Positions 7,060 through 12,454 of a DNA stretch of 12,454 nucleotides are shown here, one piece after another; positions within the stretch are counted from its first letter, which is position 1, and each line of letters starts with the position of its first letter. A program made the position numbers and the translations under genes. This stretch comes from a virus: the UHGV virus genome UHGV-0041831; one strand, given 5' to 3'. The notes beneath the pieces were generated by a model. The model made no database searches and had not been told where the DNA came from. It was given only the letters and a program-made list of their open reading frames with translations.

Positions 7060-7128
7060 GCTGAAATATTACTTCACGTTTTATTGTTTATTCCTTGCCG
7101 CCCGCGTCTCCCAGCGCGGGCTTTTTTT
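7060..7128 (+). ncRNA. Candidate plus-strand short transcript (about 70 nt) upstream of NanS-p
   Basis: Sigma70-like promoter (-35 TTGCGC 7024-7029, 18-bp spacer, -10 TATTAT 7048-7053) followed by a strong plus-orientation intrinsic terminator (stem GCCCGCG/CGCGGGC at 7100-7121, T7 at 7122-7128). No plus-strand CDS explains this terminator. Confidence 0.25.
7100..7128 (+). terminator. Rho-independent terminator, plus orientation
   Basis: GCCCGCG-TCTCCCAG-CGCGGGC followed by TTTTTTT. Confidence 0.6.
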
Positions 7129-7149
7129 GTCCATAAGAAAGCCCCTCCG

Positions 7150-7206
7150 NNNNNNNNNNNNNNNNNNNNNNNNNNNNNNNNNNNNNNNNNNNNNNNNNNN
7201 NNNNNN
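7150..7206. other. Assembly gap (57 N) flanked by identical 28-mers
   Basis: 7122-7149 and 7207-7234 are both TTTTTTTGTCCATAAGAAAGCCCCTCCG. This looks like an unmerged contig-end overlap rather than real sequence. Confidence 0.8.
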
Positions 7207-7217
7207 TTTTTTTGTCC

Positions 7218-7393
7218 ATAAGAAAGCCCCTCCGGAGAGGGGCTAAAGCCGCGTATCTGTATCATCATGCACATGGTGCCGGGTGCCTCCCGGTGAGTTC
7301 AGCCCGGTGCCACTAAACCCGCGTCATTCTCGTTTTGATAATCAGAGATTATACCGTCACCAGTCGCCCCTCCGCTCAGGGGGATTCACCATG
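7218..7393 (-). ncRNA. Tandem unit A: candidate structured small RNA
   Basis: Minus-strand order: promoter-like TTGACA (7432-7437) and TTGTTAAAAAAA, then a 5' block CATGGTGAATCCCCCTGAGCGGAGGGGC, a variable core, a 3' block TCACCGGGAGGCACCCGGCACCATG, then the terminator. 5' CATGGTG can pair with 3' CACCATG; internal hairpins CCCCT/AGGGG and CCGGG/CCCGG. No conserved ORF (frames differ between units A and B). Confidence 0.35.
7225..7244 (-). terminator. Intrinsic terminator of tandem unit A (minus orientation)
   Basis: Perfect 8-bp stem AGCCCCTC/GAGGGGCT with a 4-nt loop, followed on the minus strand by TTCTTATGG. Confidence 0.5.
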
Positions 7394-7495
7394 CGAAATT
7401 TTTTTAACAAATGCCCAGTCTGACAGGCAACTGTCAACTTACTGAATTGTGAGCAACATAGCATTTAACGGGGAACCTGTTTTCTGCAGTAAAAA

Positions 7496-7517
7496 GGCCC
7501 ACCGGAGCGGATGGGCC
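7496..7517 (-). terminator. Intrinsic terminator between tandem units (minus orientation)
   Basis: Minus strand AGGCCCA-TCCGCTCCGG-TGGGCCT followed by TTTTTAC. Confidence 0.45.
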
Positions 7518-7703
7518 TGGAAGGATAGCGGTCATGTGATGCCGGTTTCCCGGTAACTCAGCACCGGTATCTGAGTCAACGTTTTCTCTACTGGGTCATT
7601 TCCGATACGCCCTGCCTGCTGACAGGCTTTCATCACATCTGAAAATATAGCACCCTGACTGATACTGTAGTACCTAAGGTTCCAGAAACTGTGATGTATC
7701 CGG

Positions 7704-7861
7704 CACAGAAAAGCCCCTCCGGAGAGGGGCTGGAGAGTGGCGCTATGTGCCATTGCATGGTGCCGGGTGCCTCCCGGTGAATTCAGTACCAGCACCTGAA
7801 TCCGCGATTATCCCATATACCTACTCGCTGATTGCCCCTCCGCACAGGGGGATTCACCATG
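7704..7861 (-). ncRNA. Tandem unit B: candidate structured small RNA (diverged paralogue of unit A)
   Basis: Same architecture as unit A: TTGACT (7900-7905) and TTGTTAAAAG, then 5' block CATGGTGAATCCCCCTGTGCGGAGGGGC (7834-7861), variable core, 3' block TCACCGGGAGGCACCCGGCACCATG (7756-7780), then terminator. The conserved blocks are near-identical to unit A while the core differs. Confidence 0.35.
7712..7731 (-). terminator. Intrinsic terminator of tandem unit B (minus orientation)
   Basis: Same 8-bp stem AGCCCCTC/GAGGGGCT as unit A, followed on the minus strand by TTTTCTGTG. Confidence 0.55.
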
Positions 7862-7934
7862 CCAGTTTCTTTTAACAAACTCCCCGCAAACCAGACAACA
7901 GTCAACCGCCTGAATTGTGAGACATTTAAAAAAA

Positions 7935-7950
7935 GCCCGCAAAAGCGAGC
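7935..7950 (-). terminator. Intrinsic terminator immediately after the tRNA cluster (minus orientation)
   Basis: Minus strand GCTCGC-TTTT-GCGGGC (6-bp stem including one G-U pair) followed by TTTTTTT. Confidence 0.55.
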
Positions 7951-7965
7951 CAGGGAAAATAAGTG

Positions 7966-8042
7966 TGGCGCGTTGTACTGGATTCGAACCAGTGACCGAT
8001 TGCTTAGAAGGCAATTGCTCTGTCCGGCTGAGCTAACAACGC
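7966..8042 (-). tRNA. argO: tRNA-Arg (anticodon UCU), phage-encoded
   Basis: Manual cloverleaf: acceptor GCGTTGT/ACAACGC, D-arm GCTC...GAGC, anticodon stem ATTGC/GCAAT with loop CTTCTAA (anticodon TCT), T-arm ACTGG-TTCGAAT-CCAGT, discriminator G, encoded CCA. Symbol given by analogy with the Stx-phage tRNA cluster. Confidence 0.8.
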
Positions 8043-8055
8043 AGGATACAGATAA

Positions 8056-8132
8056 TGGACCGCCTTCGGGGACCCGAACTCCGCGCAACCAGCTTCGAAA
8101 GCTGGCGCTCTTTCCTGATGAGCTAATGGCGG
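8056..8132 (-). tRNA. argN: tRNA-Arg-like (anticodon UCG) with non-canonical features; possibly degenerate
   Basis: Manual fold: D-arm GCTC-ATCAGGAAA-GAGC, perfect anticodon stem CCAGC/GCTGG with loop TTTCGAA (anticodon TCG), encoded CCA. But the acceptor stem starts with C and has one mismatch, the T-stem has an A-C mismatch, and the T-loop is TTCGGGT (G at the usual A58 position). Confidence 0.55.
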
Positions 8133-8139
8133 TATGTGA

Positions 8140-8215
8140 TGGTGGCCCTTGCTGGATTTGAACCAGCGACCTGGCGATTATGAGTCGCTCGCTCTCACCA
8201 CTGAGCTAAAGGGCC
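8140..8215 (-). tRNA. ileZ: tRNA with CAU anticodon (Ile2/lysidine type or Met)
   Basis: Manual cloverleaf: acceptor GGCCCTT/AAGGGCC, D-arm GCTC-AGTGGTGA-GAGC, anticodon loop CTCATAA (CAT), T-arm GCTGG-TTCAAAT-CCAGC, discriminator A, encoded CCA. Symbol by analogy with the Stx-phage ileZ-argN-argO cluster. Confidence 0.75.
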
Positions 8216-8264
8216 GGGAGCAGAATAATAATGGTGCGTAATTAATTCTGCAATCTCATCCGTT

Positions 8265-9314
8265 TCAAACGATTAAATCCTGAACTTCCCTGACTGTCTG
8301 CTCAAAACGTCCGGTCTCCAGTTCAACGCCAATCGCACGACGCCCGAGCGCCAGTGCCACTTTTACCGTTGAACCTGAGCCCATAAAAAAATCTGCAACC
8401 AGGTCACCCGGACGACTGCTTGCGCTGATTATCTGCTGCAGCATTTCTGCCGGTTTTTCGCACGGATGTTTCCCTGGATAGAACTGCACCGGTTTATGTG
8501 TCCACACATCCGTGTACGGCACCTGCGCCGTCACACCAAAATACCGCCGCAGATGCTTATATTCACTCTGCAGCTCCACATACTGCCGGTTCAGTGACGT
8601 ATACGTATCCACCAGCTGGTGGTGGGGCTTTTCCAGTTCACCGCGCTGATGTTTCTCTTCTGCCACCCGGGCAAACAGCGACTGTAATTTCAGATAATCG
8701 CTTTCGTTCGGTAGCTGCCACTGACTGGCACTGAACCAGTGCGACACCATGTTTTTCTTTCCTGTGGCATCTGCAATCTGTTTTGCCGTTATCCCCAAGG
8801 CAGCGCGCGCATCACGAAAGTAAGAAATCAGCGGGGCCATCACATGCTGTTTCAGTGCACTGCCCTTCGCCGCATACCCGGCATCTTTCGGACGATACGG
8901 CCCCTGATAATGTTCCGCGAACAGAATGCGCTCTGTGGCGGGGAAATACGCCCGCAGGCTTTCCTTGTTGCATCCGTTCCAGCGTCCGGACGGCTTCGCC
9001 CAGATAATATGGTTCAGCACACTGAAGCGTTCACGCATCATGATTTCGATATCAGATGCCAGGCGATGACCACAGAACAGGTAAAGACTTCCGACAGGTT
9101 TCAGCACCCGCCAGAACTGCGCCAGACACTGGTCCAGCCACTTCAGGTAATCATCGTCGCCCTTCCACTGGTTATCCCAGCCCTCAGGCTTCACTTTAAA
9201 GTACGGCGGGTCCGTGACTATCAGGTCAACAGAATTTTCGGGTAACGACCGGATAAATTCCAGGCAGTCGGCGTTGATTAACTCACAACTGGATATTTTT
9301 ACAGTATTAAGCAT
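8265..9314 (-). CDS. DNA amino-methyltransferase, beta-class (N6-adenine or N4-cytosine), apparently orphan
   Basis: 349-aa ORF. Catalytic motif IV DPPY (IVTDPPYF) is near the N-terminus and AdoMet motif I F-x-G-x-G (FFMGSGST) near the C-terminus, the beta-class order. No restriction endonuclease candidate is adjacent. Confidence 0.85.
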   Translation of the reverse strand: MLNTVKISSCELINADCLEFIRSLPENSVDLIVTDPPYFKVKPEGWDNQWKGDDDYLKWLDQCLAQFWRVLKPVGSLYLFCGHRLASDIEIMMRERFSVLNHIIWAKPSGRWNGCNKESLRAYFPATERILFAEHYQGPYRPKDAGYAAKGSALKQHVMAPLISYFRDARAALGITAKQIADATGKKNMVSHWFSASQWQLPNESDYLKLQSLFARVAEEKHQRGELEKPHHQLVDTYTSLNRQYVELQSEYKHLRRYFGVTAQVPYTDVWTHKPVQFYPGKHPCEKPAEMLQQIISASSRPGDLVADFFMGSGSTVKVALALGRRAIGVELETGRFEQTVREVQDLIV

Positions 9315-9346
9315 GGATCATTAAGCCTGTCTCTGATAGGCTCATT

Positions 9347-9365
9347 CTGCTTTTGCGCAAAGCAG
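9347..9365. promoter_or_regulatory. Palindrome CTGCTTT-TGCGC-AAAGCAG about 33 nt upstream of the methyltransferase start
   Basis: Perfect 7-bp inverted repeat with a 5-nt spacer and no flanking U-tract. Candidate operator or 5'-UTR hairpin. Confidence 0.3.
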
Positions 9366-9460
9366 TGGGCCTGAGGTTTGCTTGTGAACCCAACGCATGA
9401 GCAGATGGCTGGTAAGTGCCCCTAACACCCACCAGCCGCCCATTTACCACAAATAAAAAA

Positions 9461-9478
9461 GCCTTCACTGCGGAAGGC
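9461..9478 (-). terminator. Intrinsic terminator overlapping the stop codon of the small wHTH gene (minus orientation)
   Basis: Stem GCCTTC/GAAGGC with 6-nt loop, followed on the minus strand by TTTTTTATTT (plus 9451-9460). The TGA stop at 9465-9467 lies inside the hairpin. Confidence 0.55.
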
Positions 9479-9662
9479 GTCTGTAACAACCGAACTGATA
9501 GTCTGCCAGACCCGCCATAACCAGCTGAGTCAGTATTAACTGGCAGCGTTCGCGTGAAAGGTAAGTATTCTGCGCTATCTCCCCGACTGTCGCCGGTTCG
9601 GTAACGCTTAATTCATTAAACACCACTCTGGCGGTTTCTGTCATATCCTGCTGTTTTAGCAT
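9465..9662 (-). CDS. Small winged-helix-like DNA-binding protein (65 aa), hypothetical
   Basis: Within track ORF 9465..9749, the internal ATG at 9660-9662 has an AGGA Shine-Dalgarno 7 nt upstream. Product MLKQQDMTETARVVFNELSVTEPATVGEIAQNTYLSRERCQLILTQLVMAGLADYQFGCYRRLPQ has a DeoR/MarR-like recognition-helix pattern. The longer track start lacks a ribosome-binding site. Confidence 0.45.
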   Translation of the reverse strand: MLKQQDMTETARVVFNELSVTEPATVGEIAQNTYLSRERCQLILTQLVMAGLADYQFGCYRRLPQ

Positions 9663-9806
9663 GTCTTTTTCCTTTTTCCGGTTAACGTGACATACCAATA
9701 ACTCTTGTCGAAAAAGCCAGCAAGCTGAAAGACCCGTATTCGCAACCACCAGCGTGTTTACTGTACTGACGCGATTTTGGGCATAAAAAAAAAACCGCCC
9801 GACGGC

Positions 9807-9868
9807 NNNNNNNNNNNNNNNNNNNNNNNNNNNNNNNNNNNNNNNNNNNNNNNNNNNNNNNNNNNNNN
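9807..9868. other. Assembly gap (62 N) flanked by near-identical poly-A/CCGCC-GACGGC sequence
   Basis: Left flank ...GCATAAAAAAAAAACCGCCCGACGGC and right flank ...GGGGAAAAAAAAAAAAACCGCCTGACGGC are near-duplicates. Probably an unmerged contig overlap in a homopolymer-rich region. Confidence 0.75.
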
Positions 9869-9985
9869 GCGTTTTGGGGAAAAAAAAAAAAACCGCCTGA
9901 CGGCAGTTTTTTTTCTTACTTTGCCATCGCGTACAAAATCGGCAAAATATCAGATTTATACGAAACGTACGCTATTTAATTGACT
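9869..9985 (-). promoter_or_regulatory. Candidate late promoter plus short-transcript terminator module downstream of the Q-position gene
   Basis: Minus strand: -35-like GTCAAT (9979-9984), 18-bp spacer, -10 TATAAA (9955-9960). About 50 nt downstream is a small GC hairpin (9893-9904) flanked by A13 and T8 runs, so it is U-rich in both orientations. Resembles the lambdoid pR'/tR' arrangement; the module abuts the N gap. Confidence 0.35.
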
Positions 9986-10665
9986 TTTGCAATATCTCGT
10001 CGTGAAAAAGTCGCTTTTTGTTGCGCTCTTATTTTCACGGTGCAAATCACAGATTCTCTATCGAGACTCTTAAAAATATCGCACATCTCACGCCAGTAGT
10101 TCGCATAATTATGGCTCCAGTTATCAGGCTTAACTCCACACAGTCTGGCAAGCTCCTGTCTCTGGTAGACCTCACACCCGGTAATCCATCCTCTGACATC
10201 CTGTGCCGCCAGCCAGATCAACTTCTTCACGCGCTCCTGCGTTTTCCCTGCAATTTTTCTGGTGCCGTACCGGGTTTTAAATTCATTCCACACCCACTGC
10301 GTTATCGCGATCTGATATTCCCAACAAATACTCCCGCTGTAACACCACAACAACCAGGCTTTATGATGTTCTTCAAGAGACAGAACAGCCCGCCGCCACG
10401 ATGATGTCGAAAACTCAACCGGACTGACGAGAGGAATTGACACCCCCTTCGCCAGCGATTGCTTTCCCGGGATTGGTGGATTATCCCGCGTTATCATTTT
10501 TCCAGTCACTTCATCGCGGTACCGGATTTTTTTACGCCTGTAACGCCCTGTATCAAACATGGCATTCTCCTGCCAGGCCTCAAGCTGCCCTTTTGTTGAT
10601 CCACTCAAATCGGCGGTGGCAATCATGAGTTGCTCACGAACAAACTGTAAATACTGGTTATTCAT
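9976..10665 (-). CDS. Hypothetical 229-aa protein at the late-antiterminator (Q) position; function assigned by synteny only
   Basis: ATG overlaps the RusA stop (ATGA at 10662-10665), so it is co-transcribed with nin-region genes, and it is followed by the promoter/terminator module. It has no lambda-Q-type CxxC zinc motif, so if it is Q it belongs to a different Q family. Confidence 0.4.
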   Translation of the reverse strand: MNNQYLQFVREQLMIATADLSGSTKGQLEAWQENAMFDTGRYRRKKIRYRDEVTGKMITRDNPPIPGKQSLAKGVSIPLVSPVEFSTSSWRRAVLSLEEHHKAWLLWCYSGSICWEYQIAITQWVWNEFKTRYGTRKIAGKTQERVKKLIWLAAQDVRGWITGCEVYQRQELARLCGVKPDNWSHNYANYWREMCDIFKSLDRESVICTVKIRAQQKATFSRRDIAKVN

Positions 10666-11027
10666 GCGTACTCCAGTTCTGTGATTTTTATCCCCAACCG
10701 CCCACCAGGAACAAGCTGACCGCGCACAATATTAATTTCATCAAACTGCTCGTCGTCTATGAGCAGCCCCGCATGCGTCAGTACATCCAGTGGTGCCTTC
10801 AGGATATTGTCCAGGTCACGACGGCGCTTATCCGGTGGCTCTGCAATAATTTCTATTGCCGGCCTTCCGGACAGGTTTAATTTCAGTTGCTGCTGGCGAA
10901 CAATAAGCGCCACATCACGGCGATAACGCTCACCGACTTTTGATACAAAATATGTGCTGCCACGACGTCGCCAGTAAGTGTTCACCGTTGGCGGGTAAGG
11001 CAAAACAAATTCTATGCGTTCAGTCAT
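10662..11027 (-). CDS. rusA: RusA-family Holliday junction resolvase
   Basis: 121-aa ORF containing PDKRRRDLDNILKAPLDVLTHAGLLIDDEQ and C-terminal GGRLGIKITELE, matching the RusA catalytic-core signature (RRRDLDN) as recalled. Confidence 0.85.
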   Translation of the reverse strand: MTERIEFVLPYPPTVNTYWRRRGSTYFVSKVGERYRRDVALIVRQQQLKLNLSGRPAIEIIAEPPDKRRRDLDNILKAPLDVLTHAGLLIDDEQFDEINIVRGQLVPGGRLGIKITELEYA

Positions 11028-12083
11028 TTATGCTTTCCACTTCAGAACACCCGAATTTCTCGCGTGCATTAAAAAACGAATCAGCAACAACAGCTGGCTG
11101 CCGTGTTTTTCTTCAAAATCTTTTACCCCGGCGTGTAGTTCGCTATGGCATTTACGGCACAGCGGAATAACAAACAAATCATCAGCCTTTGTTCCCATCC
11201 CTCCCAGTCCATGACCAATGATGTGATGCGGATCATCTGCCTGATTGCCACACGTCATGCATTTCTGCGTTTTTACCCAACGCGTGTATACAGGCATCTC
11301 TTCCCGTTGTGATTTCTGGCGCTGGAGATACTGAGCCGGTGACTCCGGATCAACGGCAATGCTGACCACCGTCTTTTCCTGTGGCGGGTTTTGCTGGTGG
11401 GCGTGAGGCAGCGGCGCAAGATTTTTTGTGCGCTGCTTCAGTATGCTGGTGGCGGTCTGCTCTCCCGGTACGATGTCGCTTTCACGGTACATTGAGCGGA
11501 TTTTTTCCGCACGCAACCCCAGCGAACGACGTAATACCGCTTCCGGTAGCGCGTCCGCCACCTGATTGCGGACCGCCCACCAGGATAATTCAGCCAGCGA
11601 TAACTCCCGCTCCTGCGTGCCATTCATTGCATGGCGTATGACGTCAATCATCCATGCAGACAGGTTTTGGTGAGCAAGTTGCCCGAGTGATTCGGAGGTC
11701 TGGTCGCGCAGCTGGTTGTCGCAGTGCCAGCACAACACCATTGCGCCGGTACCATAACGGTGAATGACGGTTTCACTGTGGTGATAATCGCCGTGTGGCC
11801 ACTGGCAGGATTTAACATGGCGCAGTAACCAGTCAGACAATGCGCCAGCGCCACCAGCAGCACGAATCACTCGTTCGTCGCTGAAAAATGGCAGTAATGA
11901 TTTATCCTCCGCCAGCGGCTGGCGAACGGCAGGAACGACCCCGGACGGCAGATTACGCATGCTTTTCGGTTCCGGCTCCACCAGTACCCGGGTATTGTGG
12001 AATACCGGCATGGATTCACGGCCCGGCTTAACGATCACCAGCCCGAGTTCCGGTACCAGAACAGGTCGAAGTAATACCCGCAC
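11028..12083 (-). CDS. DUF968-like (YdfU-like) phage protein with His/Cys-rich C-terminal motif
   Basis: 351-aa ORF with GTG start at 12081-12083 preceded by a GGAGGT Shine-Dalgarno. The C-terminus CMTCGNQADDPHHIIGHGLGG...CRKCHSELH resembles an HNH/zinc-ribbon-like motif. Its position just upstream of rusA and the Q-position gene matches YdfU-type genes, as recalled. Confidence 0.6.
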   Translation of the reverse strand: MRVLLRPVLVPELGLVIVKPGRESMPVFHNTRVLVEPEPKSMRNLPSGVVPAVRQPLAEDKSLLPFFSDERVIRAAGGAGALSDWLLRHVKSCQWPHGDYHHSETVIHRYGTGAMVLCWHCDNQLRDQTSESLGQLAHQNLSAWMIDVIRHAMNGTQERELSLAELSWWAVRNQVADALPEAVLRRSLGLRAEKIRSMYRESDIVPGEQTATSILKQRTKNLAPLPHAHQQNPPQEKTVVSIAVDPESPAQYLQRQKSQREEMPVYTRWVKTQKCMTCGNQADDPHHIIGHGLGGMGTKADDLFVIPLCRKCHSELHAGVKDFEEKHGSQLLLLIRFLMHARNSGVLKWKA

Positions 12084-12084
12084 G

Positions 12085-12357
12085 TTACCTCCAGATGCGT
12101 TGCTGGAATGTGCGGGACGGACGCGGTGGGCGTTCAGAGTAAGGAAGCCTGACGGAGATTATCCAGTGACGATAATCGAGGCTGAGGGCTTTCTTAATCT
12201 CGTATCCGCGTCTGCGGTAGTTATGAATTAGCCATTCGGCCTGTTCTTCAGTACATGGTGGGTGTTGGTACCAGTCGGTTTTAAATGCGTGTGAACGCCG
12301 CCCATGCCGGATGGCAAGGTCGGTATCAGAATTGTGAAATTTGGTTTTGTGCGCCAT
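12085..12357 (-). CDS. Hypothetical nin-region phage protein (90 aa)
   Basis: ATG-start ORF whose stop is 1 nt from the downstream GTG start, suggesting translational coupling in the same operon. No recognisable motif. Confidence 0.45.
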   Translation of the reverse strand: MAHKTKFHNSDTDLAIRHGRRSHAFKTDWYQHPPCTEEQAEWLIHNYRRRGYEIKKALSLDYRHWIISVRLPYSERPPRPSRTFQQRIWR

Positions 12358-12454
12358 CTGTTTTCTCTGCTGGCGCAGCAGGTGTCAGGTGTTCAGGCTG
12401 ACGTGCGAATTGTAAACCAGAATGCCAGAAAAAAACAAAACCCGCCGAAGCGGG

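Noticed and set aside
7024-7274. ORFs 7024..7221 (+) and 7074..7274 (-)
   Set aside because: Both span the N gap (X residues in translation) and run through terminator hairpins; artefacts of the gap.
7443-7453. lac-operator-like half site GAATTGTGAGC in both tandem units
   Set aside because: Only a half-site resemblance with no symmetric partner; most likely coincidental. It is conserved between units, so it may still be part of their promoter region, but not a LacI operator.
7218-7955. Possibility that the tandem units are a CRISPR array or IS/MITE remnant
   Set aside because: Only two copies, each over 150 bp and diverged, with no short direct repeats, terminal inverted repeats, target-site duplications or transposase gene.
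6907-7965. Search for stxA/stxB or another toxin cassette between the tRNAs and NanS-p
   Set aside because: No ORF of suitable size with a start and ribosome-binding site; the interval is occupied by terminators and non-coding repeats. The N gap leaves a small residual uncertainty.
7532-8161. ORFs 7532..7795, 7783..8088, 7808..8014 (minus) and 7832..8161 (plus)
   Set aside because: They run across the tRNA genes, terminators and tandem non-coding units. The frame is not conserved between units A and B, so these are not protein-coding.
8498-9245. Plus-strand ORFs 8498..8734, 8739..9245 and 8783..9007
   Set aside because: Antisense to the methyltransferase, whose frame carries both DPPY and FxGxG motifs.
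10018-10628. Plus-strand ORFs 10018..10404 and 10437..10628
   Set aside because: Antisense to the 229-aa Q-position gene, which is translationally coupled to rusA. No independent support.
10940-11863. ORFs 10940..11170, 11014..11214, 11381..11641, 11438..11623 and 11648..11863
   Set aside because: Nested in or antisense to the RusA and DUF968-like frames; shadow ORFs.

Overview
This window reads as the late end of a lambdoid, Stx-phage-like enterobacterial prophage, with almost every gene on the minus strand. In transcription order (high to low coordinates): nin-region genes (hypothetical protein, DUF968-like protein, RusA resolvase), a 229-aa Q-position protein, a short promoter/terminator module interrupted by an N gap, a small winged-helix-like protein, a beta-class DNA amino-methyltransferase, three tRNAs (Ile/Met-CAU, Arg-UCG, Arg-UCU), then the position where stx sits in Stx phages. 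No stx gene is present there. Instead there are two tandem, diverged, non-coding units of about 160-175 nt, each with conserved hairpins and its own intrinsic terminator. These are the most interesting feature and are candidate phage small RNA genes. Downstream follow NanS-p-like sialate O-acetylesterase, an S21-like pinholin, a YdfR-like protein, an endolysin, Rz/Rz1 spanins, a moron region, a lambda-like cos site, and terminase small and large subunits (large subunit truncated at the window start). Other oddities: a plus-strand 90-aa gene embedded antisense in the lysis operon, two unannotated small membrane-peptide ORFs, a terminator-dense corridor, and two N gaps flanked by duplicated sequence. 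All family assignments are from reading the translations and from recalled family features; no database search was run.
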